A DNA stretch of 64,000 bases from Candidatus Eiseniibacteriota bacterium (GCA_041946735.1 JBHGAY010000009.1:32001-96000); one strand, 5' to 3'. Positions 28,436 through 38,029 are shown, counted from the first letter of the stretch. Notes: a model not told the origin generated them from the letters alone. Numbers and translations are program-made.

Positions 28436-29164
28436 CTACGGCTTCGACCAGATCTCGTAGCACTCCCCAAAGACGCGGAGGACCGCTGCGGGAGCCAGGA
28501 GGGCGACCGGATCGAGGAGGGCCCCCGCCGCGCGCCTCTGCAATCGCGTGCTCGCTTCTCCCCTGGGCCGGCGGCATCGCTGCCGCGCGATGGGGCGCAG
28601 CGCGACCGATCCGCTCCTGCTCCATCCTCGTTCGAGCAGGATGTCCGGCTGCTCACCTCTCCATGCCGCGAAGAACAGCCGGCCACCCCGGCGGACGGCG
28701 GCGCCGATGGCGAGGATCTCCTTCTCCCGAGGGGGTGACGGGCGGCAGGCCGGATCCCCGATCAGCAGCGCTGCGTCGCATTCCTCTTCCCCGGGGAGGT
28801 CGGCGGGGCATCGCGCCCGCCCCTCGACCCCCGCATGCCGCAAGCGCTCGGCGCGCAACGGCCGATAGACGGGATTGGAGTCGAACGAGTCGATCCGCGA
28901 GAATCCCAGGCGCGCGAGCGCTACGGTCGCCGCGCCGGCGGCCGCGCCTCCGTGGAGCAGGCGCGCTTCGCGCGGAAGCTGCTGCAGCAGCATCCCCAGC
29001 CTCGCGCCGAGCCTCCCCGGCTCCTCCGAGACGAGCAGATCCTCGACGAGCGCCGGCCCCCTCCACGCGGCGGAGAGCCTCGAGAGGAACTCCATCGGGT
29101 ACGGCGTGGGGCGTCGATAGGAGGGCCCGACGAGAACGGCGAGCCCGCCGGAATCGGACTCCAC
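28436..29164 (-). CDS. Hypothetical protein, possibly degenerate class I SAM-methyltransferase fold
   Basis: RLLHGGAAAG resembles motif I, followed by D.FD and RRGGRLFF. Start uncertain. Confidence 0.45.
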   Translation of the reverse strand: MESDSGGLAVLVGPSYRRPTPYPMEFLSRLSAAWRGPALVEDLLVSEEPGRLGARLGMLLQQLPREARLLHGGAAAGAATVALARLGFSRIDSFDSNPVYRPLRAERLRHAGVEGRARCPADLPGEEECDAALLIGDPACRPSPPREKEILAIGAAVRRGGRLFFAAWRGEQPDILLERGWSRSGSVALRPIARQRCRRPRGEASTRLQRRAAGALLDPVALLAPAAVLRVFGECYEIWSKP

Positions 29165-29187
29165 GCGGACTCCGGCCGACGACCAGT

Positions 29188-29505
29188 TCAGCGCCGCAGC
29201 CTCCGGCCGAGATGCCTCTCCACGGACTCGATTTTCGATTCGAGCCGTCCCGCTCCCCCGCGGCGATAGTCGATGCGGATCGAGACGGAGATCCGCTCGC
29301 AATCGGATCGAAGCTCCTCGAAGCAACGGGTGACGACGTCGAGGACCTCCGCCCACTCCCCTTCCAGTACCGTCCCCATCGGGTGAAGCCGGTAGTCGAT
29401 GCCGCTGCCGTCGATCACGTTCAGCACCCGGGCCACGTACGGACTCACCGAGACCCCGGCGCCAACCGGGCTCATCGAGAAATCGAGCAGAACGGGACCG
29501 CTCAT
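29188..29505 (-). CDS. MTH1187/thiamine-binding (DUF77) family protein
   Basis: FSMSPVG..SVSPYVA...SGIDYRLHPMGTVLEGEW...IRIDYR...KIESVE. ATG overlaps the upstream TAA. Confidence 0.88.
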   Translation of the reverse strand: MSGPVLLDFSMSPVGAGVSVSPYVARVLNVIDGSGIDYRLHPMGTVLEGEWAEVLDVVTRCFEELRSDCERISVSIRIDYRRGGAGRLESKIESVERHLGRRLRR

Positions 29506-30092
29506 TACGGATCCTCCTCCTGCGGCCGCATTCCAGCCTCCGGGGGACGCGGGATCTCCAACCCGGCTGCGGAGCACCGAGCACCCGGTCCGTCTCCGAA
29601 TCCAGAATGTCCGCCATACCTTGCCGGATCTCGGGTTTCGTCGGTTTCGCCGGTTGCACCGGTCTCTCCCATCCCCGGCACCCGACCGCCGGCCAGCACG
29701 GCCCGCAGCCATTCCGGAGAACGGACCGCTCTCCCCGAGGAGCGTTCCACGGGAAGGTGTGACGTCGTTCCATCGGCGAGGCATTCGCCGCCTCGCAGAA
29801 TCCGGTAGCCGAACACGATTCGTCTCGGGTGGTCCTCGTCCACCCACGATTCGATGTCCAGCAGATCGTCGTAGCGAGCTCCACGACGGAAGCGCAGCCG
29901 GGCTTCGACGACCGGAAGGGCGATCCCTCTTTCCTCGACCTCCCGGTAGGTCAGGCCCACCGCGCGGAGCCACTCGGTCCGCCCGACCTCGAACCAGACC
30001 AGATAGGCCGCGTTGTATGCGACCCCCATGGCATCGACGTCGGCATAGCGCACGCGAATCGGGACCCGGATCGCGTTCCGGGGATCCTCCAT
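29505..30092 (-). CDS. Acyl-CoA thioesterase (YbgC/4HBT hotdog family)
   Basis: RVRYADVDAMGVAYNAAYLVWFEVGRTE and ARYDDLL. Confidence 0.88.
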   Translation of the reverse strand: MEDPRNAIRVPIRVRYADVDAMGVAYNAAYLVWFEVGRTEWLRAVGLTYREVEERGIALPVVEARLRFRRGARYDDLLDIESWVDEDHPRRIVFGYRILRGGECLADGTTSHLPVERSSGRAVRSPEWLRAVLAGGRVPGMGETGATGETDETRDPARYGGHSGFGDGPGARCSAAGLEIPRPPEAGMRPQEEDP

Positions 30093-30249
30093 TTTCACCC
30101 CCTTCCGTCAAGCCGGCGGAAGGGTAGCATGTCCGCAAGCCTTGCCCGGCGCTTTGCGCCGGTGCTACCCTTATTCACGAAGCTTCTATCGAGGGAGCGC
30201 TCGAGCCATTCACGAAGCTTCCATCAAGGATTGCTCGAGGAGGATGTGT

Positions 30250-30828
30250 ATGCGCCCGCGCAATGCGCTGCGGCATCGAGTGCTCGGCCTGATCGTTAGC
30301 CTCTGGCTCGGAGCCGCCGCGGGCTCGACGGCTTTTGCCATCGAGGTAGGCGATCATGCCCCGGACTTCACGCTCAGCGATTTGAGCGGGATGTACCACA
30401 CGCTCTCGGGCTACTCCTCCCACCCGGTGCTCCTGATGTTCCTCGAATGCGACGGGGCCACATCGATCTCGACCGCTCCCCTCGTCCAGAACGATTTCTT
30501 CTATCCCTATGTCAGCCGGGGGCTGTTCGTGCTCGGCCTCGACACGGCGGGGTGCGACTCGGAAGCCCTCACTCAGTTCCAGTACCAGACCAGCGTCGAT
30601 TTCCCTCTGCTCAGCAACGCGGGCAGCACCGCCTCCGCCTACGGTCTCGTCGCTCCAAGCTTCGTGATCCTCGATGGTGGCGGCACCGTCCGGTACGTCG
30701 GCCGGGGTCCGGGAACGGGGGGATACGACCCCTCGACCATGCGCGGAGTCGTCGAGCAGTGTCTGCGCGAGGCGAACAACACGAAGACGGCGACGTGGGG
30801 GCTGATCAAGAGCCTCTATAGCGGATAG
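30250..30828 (+). CDS. Exported redoxin/AhpC-TSA-fold protein with degenerate active site and C-terminal TWGLIKSLY motif
   Basis: GAGGAGG RBS and signal peptide; VGDHAPDFTLSDLSG..TLS, FPLLS and FVILDGGGTVRY; no CxxC. Confidence 0.8.
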   Translation: MRPRNALRHRVLGLIVSLWLGAAAGSTAFAIEVGDHAPDFTLSDLSGMYHTLSGYSSHPVLLMFLECDGATSISTAPLVQNDFFYPYVSRGLFVLGLDTAGCDSEALTQFQYQTSVDFPLLSNAGSTASAYGLVAPSFVILDGGGTVRYVGRGPGTGGYDPSTMRGVVEQCLREANNTKTATWGLIKSLYSG

Positions 30829-30849
30829 GCCCGGCTCCCACCTTCTCGC

Positions 30850-31863
30850 CTAACCTGCCCGCATCACTCCGAGACCGGGTGTCTGCGTCGGCGCGACCGT
30901 CGCCCCGGCCAGCACCAGCCCCGTGTACGGATCAGCTTCGAGATGCAGGGGCGAATCGAGGTCGATCCGGTCGGCCAGCGCCTGCAGATGCGCGGACGCG
31001 GAGATGCCGAGCGAGCTCTCGAAGAAGCAGCCGAGCAGGACCTGAAGCCCATGCGCCCGGGCGACGTGGATCGCCCGAAGCGCCTCGCGGATGCCTCCCA
31101 TCTTCGCCATCTTCACGTTGACGCCGTCGATTCCTCCCGCGCAGGCGGCCAGCGCGACGTCCTCCGAGGAGCGCACCTCCTCGTCGAGGAAAATCGGGAT
31201 GCCGAGGAGGGGCCGCACGCGCGCGTATTCCTCATAGCGCCCGATCGGGAACGGCTGCTCGATCAGCTCGACCGAATCCCTCTGAAGGATCGGCGCGAGC
31301 CTCACCAAGGACTCCGGATCGAGACCCTGATTGGCGTCCACCCAGATGCGGACCTCCTCTCCTCCCGCCATCCGGATCTCGTGGATGATGTCCGGATCGG
31401 TGTCGCTCGCGACCTTGATCTTCAGGATGTGAAAGCCGGCCGCAAGCCATCGCCGCGCCGCATCGAGCATCGCGGACGGCTCGTCGACGCCGATGGACAC
31501 GCAGGTCGAGCGGTTCTCGAGGGCGAGGCCGAGGAGATGGCAGACCGGCAGTCCGGTGAGCTTCCCGAGCAGGTCGTGCAGCGCGATATCCACCGCGGAG
31601 CGGGCGGGCGCGCTCGGGATGTCGCCGAGAATATCGTCCATCAGCCAGGGGGTGCGCCCGCGGAGCGGGAGCTGCTGCAGCAGGTCCCTGTCCTCGTCGA
31701 AGCGCATGGTGTACGCCTCCCCCTCTCCCCAGACTCCACCCGCGCGAATGCGATAGAGAAGTGTGCGGTGCTCGCGGATCGTCTTGGTGTTCGTGCGGAA
31801 GGTCGACCGCAGCGTCAGGTCGAGCGAATCGATCTCAACGTCTTCGATCCGGATCCGGATCAT
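30850..31863 (-). CDS. Dipeptide epimerase (L-Ala-D/L-Glu epimerase, enolase superfamily)
   Basis: GEGEA, DIALHDL.GK, KIK, DANQG, EQP, DE, NVKMAKMGGI, GCFFES and DLD. Confidence 0.85.
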   Translation of the reverse strand: MIRIRIEDVEIDSLDLTLRSTFRTNTKTIREHRTLLYRIRAGGVWGEGEAYTMRFDEDRDLLQQLPLRGRTPWLMDDILGDIPSAPARSAVDIALHDLLGKLTGLPVCHLLGLALENRSTCVSIGVDEPSAMLDAARRWLAAGFHILKIKVASDTDPDIIHEIRMAGGEEVRIWVDANQGLDPESLVRLAPILQRDSVELIEQPFPIGRYEEYARVRPLLGIPIFLDEEVRSSEDVALAACAGGIDGVNVKMAKMGGIREALRAIHVARAHGLQVLLGCFFESSLGISASAHLQALADRIDLDSPLHLEADPYTGLVLAGATVAPTQTPGLGVMRAG

Positions 31864-32553
31864 TCAACTCCTCCTACTCGGCGGATCGGAAAAGCCCGCT
31901 TCGCGGAATCCCTTCGCGCGAAGCGAGCATGCGTCGCAGCGGCCGCAAGGGCTCCCGTCGGGGAGCGGGTCGTAGCAGCTGGAAGTGAGGGCGAAGTCGA
32001 CCTGAAGCTCGCGCCCGAGCGAGACGATCGCCGCCTTGTTGCACGCGAGCAGCGGGGCCCGCACCTCGATCCCCCTTCCCTCCACCCCCCTGCGGGTCGC
32101 GAGCGCCGCGAGCCGGCGGAACGCCTCGAGATACTCGGGACGAGTATCGGGATACCCGGCTCCATCCTCGGCATGGACGCCGATGTAGATCGCGCCGGCT
32201 CCGATCGCCTCGGCGCACGAGAGGGCGAGCGCGAGCAGCACCGTGTTGCGCGCGGGGACGTAGGTCGAAGGGATCGCCGAGACGATCTCCTGCTCGCTGC
32301 GATCCTTCGGCACCGGGGGGCCGCCGCCGATCAGGCTCGAGCCTCCCCAGGAGGACAGATCCACGTCCAGCACCCGGTGGGAGGCGACGCCAAGAGAGCG
32401 CGCGACCGCGCGGGCGCACGACAGCTCCACCGCATGCCGCTGTCCGTAACGGACGGTGAGCGCGTGCACCTCGCCGCACTCGCGCTTCGCGATCGCCAGC
32501 GTGACGGCGGAATCCAGCCCCCCGCTCAAGAGGACGATGCCATCGTCGGGCAT
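31864..32553 (-). CDS. queC: 7-cyano-7-deazaguanine synthase
   Basis: LLSGGLDS, YGQRH, TYVPARN, YPDTRP and SCY..CGRCDAC. Confidence 0.95.
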   Translation of the reverse strand: MPDDGIVLLSGGLDSAVTLAIAKRECGEVHALTVRYGQRHAVELSCARAVARSLGVASHRVLDVDLSSWGGSSLIGGGPPVPKDRSEQEIVSAIPSTYVPARNTVLLALALSCAEAIGAGAIYIGVHAEDGAGYPDTRPEYLEAFRRLAALATRRGVEGRGIEVRAPLLACNKAAIVSLGRELQVDFALTSSCYDPLPDGSPCGRCDACSLRAKGFREAGFSDPPSRRS

Positions 32554-32555
32554 CT

Positions 32556-33203
32556 TCAGACCCCCCTCGCATCCGCTCCCCAAATGAGCTTGTGGAGCTG
32601 CAACTGCAGCCGGACAGGCGCGGCATCCTCCAGGATCCATGCCGCGAGATCGCTCGGGGGGCACGAGCGGGTGACGGGAGAGAAGAGGACGGTGTGCCGC
32701 TCGTGAAGCCTTCGCTCCCGCAGGACCTGCAGCGCCCAGACGTAGTCGCGGCGGGAGGCGAGGACGAACTTGACCTCGTCCCGGCCCGGCCTGAGGAGCG
32801 GGAGGTTCTCCCAGCGGTTGCGCTCCACCTCGCCGCTGTCCGGGCACTTGACGTCGTAGATCAGGACCGCGCGAGGGTCGATCCCTTCGATCGAGACCGC
32901 GCCGCCGGTCTCGACCAGGACCTCGTACCCATCCCCGGAGAGCGCGCGGATCAGGTCGAACGCGGCCGGCTGTGCGAGTGGCTCCCCGCCGGTGATCTCC
33001 ACCAGGCGGACCGGGCGCTTCCGCACCTCGGCGAGAACCTCTTCGACGGTCCACGACGTGCCACCCTGGAACGCGTAGGCGGTGTCGCACCAGACGCAGC
33101 GGAGCGGGCAGCCGGTCAGCCGCACGAAGAGACAGGGGCGGCCGGCATAGGTCGACTCGCCTTGGATGCTGTAGAAGATCTCGGTAATGCGGACTTTCGC
33201 CAC
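32556..33203 (-). CDS. queE: 7-carboxy-7-deazaguanine synthase (radical SAM)
   Basis: EIFYSIQGE, FVRLTGCPLRCVWCDT, TGGEPL and QLHKLIW; adjacent to queC. Confidence 0.93.
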   Translation of the reverse strand: MAKVRITEIFYSIQGESTYAGRPCLFVRLTGCPLRCVWCDTAYAFQGGTSWTVEEVLAEVRKRPVRLVEITGGEPLAQPAAFDLIRALSGDGYEVLVETGGAVSIEGIDPRAVLIYDVKCPDSGEVERNRWENLPLLRPGRDEVKFVLASRRDYVWALQVLRERRLHERHTVLFSPVTRSCPPSDLAAWILEDAAPVRLQLQLHKLIWGADARGV

Positions 33204-33256
33204 GGTGCGCCCGGGGTTTTCGGCCTGCTCGCCTCGGCCCGTTCGATCTCTCGACC

Positions 33257-34489
33257 CTACCATCCCCCGGCACCCTCCCATTCGGCGCTGTCCGGCGATT
33301 CCCATCCTTCCCGAAAGCGGAACCGTCTCGGGTGCCCCAGTTGGTCGAGGACCGCCCCGAGATCCTGCATCGGCTCCGCCCCCCCGCAGAGGTACGCATC
33401 CCACCCGGACAGATCCTCGAAGAGCGCCGGCAGCAGATCGGTCAGCCTGCCTCGATACCCCGGCCAACCGGCCGTCTCCGGTCTCGAGAGGCTCGGATGA
33501 TACCGGAACCAAGAGGCGGATGCGTGGAGCGCCCGGAAGTCGGATTCGTAGAGAAGATCCGCTTCGCTGCGCGTCCCGAAGAGCAGAACGGAGCGTGTGG
33601 AGTCCCCGCGATCGGCGCGGTCCAGGATCATCGATCGCAGGGGCGCGACCCCGGTGCCGGTACCCACGAACAGCCGCGGCCGGCCGGTCCCCGGGTGAAC
33701 GCGGAAGCGTCCGAGCGGTCCTCGCAGAAGGAGTATCTCTCCCGCCCGGCATCCTCGCAGCCGCGTCGTGAAGGGATCGCCGTCGGTCAGGCGCAGGCAG
33801 AGGGTGATCGCATGACGGGACCGCGGGGGCGAGGCGATCGAAAGATGGCGGCGCAAATCCCCCGCCTCGGGAATCTCGACCTCGACGTGCTGCCCCGCCT
33901 CGAATCGGAGTCCTTCCGGGCGGACCGGCTCGAGGACCACCTGCCACGCGGCGCGGGCGACTCTCTCGCCTCGCAGGATCCTCGCCGGGATCGGAGGGAA
34001 AGTGGCGGGGCCTGGCGGGGCTGCGGGCGCCGCGGTATCCGAGGCAGGGGCAGGGGATGTCACCGGCAGCCAGCCTCCCCTATGCAGGGCATCGAGGACG
34101 GGGAGGCTCGCGTCGGGCAGCGGGTACCCCTTCAGCTCATCCGGGCGAACCCAGCGCCACCGCTGGCATCCGATCGCTCTCGGCTCGCCGGAGAGGCGCC
34201 GGGCGACGAAGAACCAGAGGTCGACCTTTCGATCCGCATAATCGTACGGTCGTTCGAGAAGCAGCCCGAGAACCTCGATCTCGATCCCGAGCTCCTCGCG
34301 GACCTCACGCACCGCGCACTCCTCGGGCTTTTCTCCCGGGTGGATCTTTCCCCCCGGAAACTCCCAGAGATCGGGAAGATGCACGTGAGGAAATCTGTGC
34401 GCGATAAGGAGATTGCCGTCTTCGACGATCACGGCGACCGCCGCCTTGACACGCCCTTCCGCAGATCCGGCTCCGTTCGTCCGGGACAG
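33257..34489 (-). CDS. Fusion: MutT-like NUDIX hydrolase plus ferredoxin-NADP-reductase-like FAD/NAD(P)-binding domain
   Basis: NUDIX box WEFPGGKIHPGEKPEECAVREVREELGI, a Pro/Ala linker, then RHLSIAS, GPLGRF, GTGTGVAPLRSM and YLCG. Start is GTG 34432 or CTG 34489. Confidence 0.8.
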   Translation of the reverse strand: MSRTNGAGSAEGRVKAAVAVIVEDGNLLIAHRFPHVHLPDLWEFPGGKIHPGEKPEECAVREVREELGIEIEVLGLLLERPYDYADRKVDLWFFVARRLSGEPRAIGCQRWRWVRPDELKGYPLPDASLPVLDALHRGGWLPVTSPAPASDTAAPAAPPGPATFPPIPARILRGERVARAAWQVVLEPVRPEGLRFEAGQHVEVEIPEAGDLRRHLSIASPPRSRHAITLCLRLTDGDPFTTRLRGCRAGEILLLRGPLGRFRVHPGTGRPRLFVGTGTGVAPLRSMILDRADRGDSTRSVLLFGTRSEADLLYESDFRALHASASWFRYHPSLSRPETAGWPGYRGRLTDLLPALFEDLSGWDAYLCGGAEPMQDLGAVLDQLGHPRRFRFREGWESPDSAEWEGAGGW

Positions 34490-34764
34490 AGGCCCTCCCT
34501 TCCTTGGTCTTGGTCAATTCGTTGGCGCGTGCTGCCGCCGTGTGCTGCGGCCGCTCTATCACTCCCTCGCCCGCCCGCCTCACGCTCGATGGCCCGCTCC
34601 ACCTGGCGACCTTGCGCCCGCCGCCCGGGCCGGGATGCTGCTACCTTGTGAGGAGTATGACCGGCTGGCCGGCGGCCGCGCCTGCTTGCTTCCGACCCCC
34701 GTTCGAGCGCGGGCTTCCGGTCGAATCCGCCGCAGTTGCCAAGCTCCGGGCAGGCGCCTAAACT

Positions 34765-34789
34765 GGAACATTTGCCGGAAGTCCGGGTT
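34765..34789 (+). promoter_or_regulatory. Possible ECF-sigma promoter upstream of degP
   Basis: GGAAC-N17-GTT about 70 nt upstream of the ATG; degP genes are commonly ECF-controlled. Confidence 0.3.
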
Positions 34790-34861
34790 CTCCACACGAG
34801 CGGGTTGGTGCTACACCACTCACAGCATCCCCGGATCGATGGAAGGAGGCAACAGGACAGC

Positions 34862-36394
34862 ATGAAGCGATGGATCTCGCTATTGGTCCTATCCCTCGTG
34901 ATCGGCATCGGCCTCGCGTGGATCGCACGTCCACTCGAGGTCCAGTTCCGTTGGGGTGATCGTCCGGATCAGTCGGCGACGCTCGCAGTTCGCGAATCGA
35001 CCGCACAGGCCGAATGGTCTCCCGAGGAACGGAACGCGATCGCAGGGGCAGAGACGATGAGCAAGGCATTCGCGGCGATCGCCCGGGAGGTTTCCCCTTC
35101 GGTCGTCACGATCCATAGCGAACGGGTCGTCACCGCCAACCGTCCGGGCGGCAACAACCCGTTCGGCGGAATGTTCCCCGACGACTTCTTCGGACGATTC
35201 TTCCAGATGCCCGACCGCATCCCACAGCGAGGGATGGGCTCGGGCGTCATCGTCTCCTCGAACGGTCGCGTCCTCACGAACAACCACGTCGTGGCGAACG
35301 CCGACCGGGTACGTGTGACTCTCTCCGACGGAAGGACGTTCGACGCCAAGGTGCTCGGGCGCGACGAGAAGAGCGACCTCGCGGTCGTGCAGATCGACGC
35401 CGACAACCTCCCCGCCGCCCACCTCGGCGATTCCGATCGGCTCGAGGTCGGCGAATGGGTGCTGGCGATCGGCAATCCGTTCGAGCTGACCCAGACGGTC
35501 ACCGCGGGGATCGTGAGCGCCAAGGGGAGAAGCTCGGTAGGGCTCGCCGACTACGAGGACTTCATCCAGACCGACGCGGCGATCAACCCGGGCAACTCCG
35601 GCGGAGCGCTCGTCAACCTCGAGGGCGACGTCGTCGGGATCAATACCGCGATCGCCACGCGGACCGGAGGCTATCAGGGGGTCGGCTTCGCGATCCCGAT
35701 GAACATGGCGAGCAAGATCATGGACAGCCTCGTGCGAACCGGGAAAGTGGTCCGCGGCTACATCGGCGTGACGATCCAGGACGTCGATGCGGCGATCGCC
35801 GACAACTACGGGCTCGACCATCCCTACGGGGCGCTCGTCAACAGCGTGAGCAACGGAGGCCCGGCAGCGGAGGCAGGGCTGAAGGCCGGCGACCTGATCA
35901 CCGAGCTGAACGGCCAGCAACTGAAGAACCGGGACGACCTGCGACTGAAGATCGGGGAAATGGAGCCCGGGACGCGGGTGGAGATGAAGGCGATCCGCGA
36001 CGGATCGACCAAGACGTTCCAGCTGCGGCTCGCCGAGTTCCAGGATACGAACGAGATGTCGGAGAATTCGGACGATTCGTCGGGAGATAATCAGGGCTCG
36101 GCGCTCGACAAGTTCGGATTCGGGGTGCAGCCGCTCGACCGGGCGACGCGCCAGCGGTTCGAGATCGGCGGTGACGTCGGAGGCGTTCTGGTCACCGAGG
36201 TGGAGCCGGGAAGCGCCGCTTTCGATGCAGGTCTTCGTACCGGCGACGTGATCCAGGAAGCGGCTCGCGAGCCGGTGTCGAGCGTGAACGATCTGCGGGA
36301 TCAGCTTCGCAAGGTGGATCCCGGCCACACGATCCTTTTGAAGGTGTATCGAGGCCAGGCGAGCTTCTTCGTCGCGCTTCGAATGCCGCGGTAG
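34862..36394 (+). CDS. degP: Do/DegQ-family periplasmic serine protease with two PDZ domains
   Basis: GSGVIV, LTNNHVV, DLAVV and IQTDAAINPGNSGG, followed by two PDZ domains. Confidence 0.93.
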   Translation: MKRWISLLVLSLVIGIGLAWIARPLEVQFRWGDRPDQSATLAVRESTAQAEWSPEERNAIAGAETMSKAFAAIAREVSPSVVTIHSERVVTANRPGGNNPFGGMFPDDFFGRFFQMPDRIPQRGMGSGVIVSSNGRVLTNNHVVANADRVRVTLSDGRTFDAKVLGRDEKSDLAVVQIDADNLPAAHLGDSDRLEVGEWVLAIGNPFELTQTVTAGIVSAKGRSSVGLADYEDFIQTDAAINPGNSGGALVNLEGDVVGINTAIATRTGGYQGVGFAIPMNMASKIMDSLVRTGKVVRGYIGVTIQDVDAAIADNYGLDHPYGALVNSVSNGGPAAEAGLKAGDLITELNGQQLKNRDDLRLKIGEMEPGTRVEMKAIRDGSTKTFQLRLAEFQDTNEMSENSDDSSGDNQGSALDKFGFGVQPLDRATRQRFEIGGDVGGVLVTEVEPGSAAFDAGLRTGDVIQEAAREPVSSVNDLRDQLRKVDPGHTILLKVYRGQASFFVALRMPR

Positions 36395-36414
36395 TTGAAG
36401 AGGAGAACGACGCG

Positions 36415-36681
36415 ATGAGCGACGAGTCGAGGGCGTCTCGCCCAGGGCGCAAGCTGCCCGAGGGGATCCGTTCGAAGTACGAGATGGTCGTGGCCGCCGC
36501 GAAGGAGGCGGAGCGGTTGAACGACCTCTACCGCCACCGGGGCGACAGCGTGAACGAGAAGGTCACGATGATCGCGCTGCGGCGGATCGAGAAGGGGCTC
36601 TCGAAGGTCGTCTATGAGGAGCCGGAGAAGGGGACCGAGGATCGCGACCGCAAGGAGACCACCTTCTTCTTCACCTCCTGA
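36415..36681 (+). CDS. rpoZ: RNA polymerase omega subunit-like protein
   Basis: SKYEMVVAAAKEAERL and KVTMIALRRIEKG pattern; 88 aa; GAGGAG RBS. Confidence 0.7.
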   Translation: MSDESRASRPGRKLPEGIRSKYEMVVAAAKEAERLNDLYRHRGDSVNEKVTMIALRRIEKGLSKVVYEEPEKGTEDRDRKETTFFFTS

Positions 36682-36719
36682 TCCTCGTCCTTCGCGCACG
36701 CGAAGACGCCGGAGAACCA

Positions 36720-36760
36720 AAGCCGCCGGAGGGCGCAGCAGCCGCGCCCTCCGGCGGCTT
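36720..36760. terminator. Probable bidirectional intrinsic terminator
   Basis: Perfect 17-bp inverted repeat AAGCCGCCGGAGGGCGC / GCGCCCTCCGGCGGCTT with a 7-nt loop, between convergent genes. Confidence 0.75.
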
Positions 36761-36793
36761 CGTTGCGCGTCGTCGATGGAGGCGCGGTGCGTC

Positions 36794-37483
36794 TCACAGT
36801 CCCCCTTTCATCTGGATCAGCGAGCCGTTGACCCCGGCCGATCGGTCGGAGCAGAGGAAGGCGACCGCGCGAGCGAGCTCTTCGACGGGGACCCAGGCGG
36901 AACGGTCGGCGTGCGGCATGGCGGCGCGATTCCCCGGCGTATCGAGAATGCCGGGAACGATGCAGTTCGCGCGGACGCCCGACACGCGCCCCTCCTCGGC
37001 GAGGCAGCGCGTGAAGGCGACGACTGCCGCTTTCGCGACCGCGTAGCCGGAGGAGAGAGCTCCTCCGGAGAGCGCCGCGAGCGCGCCGAAGGTCACGATC
37101 GATCCGGCGCCGCGCCGCTTCATGCGCGCGTAGGCGAGGGAGCCGGTCACGCGGAGCGTCTCCCAGTTGGCGGAAAAGACGCCGGACCACGACGCCTCGC
37201 TCGCCTCCTCGATTGCTTCGCCGCCCAGGTAGCCACCGGCGAGATGCACGTAGGCGTGGAGAGGAAATGAGTCGTCGATCTCCGCGATCCGCTGGGAAGC
37301 GGCCGCGCGATCGGTCGCGTCGAGCGCGAAGCCGTGCGCTTGCGGGATCTCGTCTACGAGGGCCTCGATCGCCGGCTGGCGCCGGCCGGTGAAGAACACC
37401 TCGTAGCCTTCGAGCACGAGCGAGCGAACGACCTCACGTCCGGCCCCGCCCGTTGCGCCGATCACGAGCGCGGAGCGCTTCAT
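36794..37483 (-). CDS. Short-chain dehydrogenase/reductase
   Basis: IGATGGAG, YAVAK and PGILDTPGNR. Confidence 0.88.
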   Translation of the reverse strand: MKRSALVIGATGGAGREVVRSLVLEGYEVFFTGRRQPAIEALVDEIPQAHGFALDATDRAAASQRIAEIDDSFPLHAYVHLAGGYLGGEAIEEASEASWSGVFSANWETLRVTGSLAYARMKRRGAGSIVTFGALAALSGGALSSGYAVAKAAVVAFTRCLAEEGRVSGVRANCIVPGILDTPGNRAAMPHADRSAWVPVEELARAVAFLCSDRSAGVNGSLIQMKGGL

Positions 37484-38019
37484 GAGCCGCCTCCCTTCGG
37501 GCGCTCCTCGTCGAATCCTTCCTGAAGGATCCCGAGAGCGGCCACCCAACGCCGTGCCTCTTCACCCGGCCATCGGGCCTCGGCGAGGGCGAGCTCCCAC
37601 GCGCGAAGCGTCGCGGCTGGATGGGCGGCCGCCGATTCGGAGAGAACCGCCTCGGCCCACGCCCGCGCCTCGGGCCGAGCGCGCATCCATTCGCGGATCG
37701 CCGTGCGCGCCGCTTCGGCCCATACCACGGCGCTGCGGTCCCCGGCGTCGATCCTGCGCATCCAGGGGCGGGCGCGCCGGCAGAGGTAGGCTTCCAGAGC
37801 GGGGGCCTGGGCGACGTCGACGCCGTCTTCGGCCAGGGCGGGGGTCACCTGAGGATCGTTCACGTCGAGGTCGAAGAACAGGTACTGCAAGGCAAGGAGC
37901 GCATCGCCCGTCCCGCGAAGCACGACGCGGAGGGCGCAGAGAGCGAGGCCGATCGGGAGCCACTCCCGATCGGCCGCAGGATCGCTCGACGGCGAGACGT
38001 TCGAAGGCGAGCCGCTCAC
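37480..38019 (-). CDS. Hypothetical protein
   Basis: Fills the gap in a co-oriented run, its stop overlaps the SDR start, and composition is plausible. Confidence 0.6.
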   Translation of the reverse strand: MSGSPSNVSPSSDPAADREWLPIGLALCALRVVLRGTGDALLALQYLFFDLDVNDPQVTPALAEDGVDVAQAPALEAYLCRRARPWMRRIDAGDRSAVVWAEAARTAIREWMRARPEARAWAEAVLSESAAAHPAATLRAWELALAEARWPGEEARRWVAALGILQEGFDEERPKGGGS

Positions 38020-38029
38020 CGTCCCGGGC

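Noticed and set aside
31864..33203. queC/queE as part of a Dpd or QatABCD-type defence system
   Set aside because: Canonical-length housekeeping-like genes with no dpdA, TatD or ATPase neighbours
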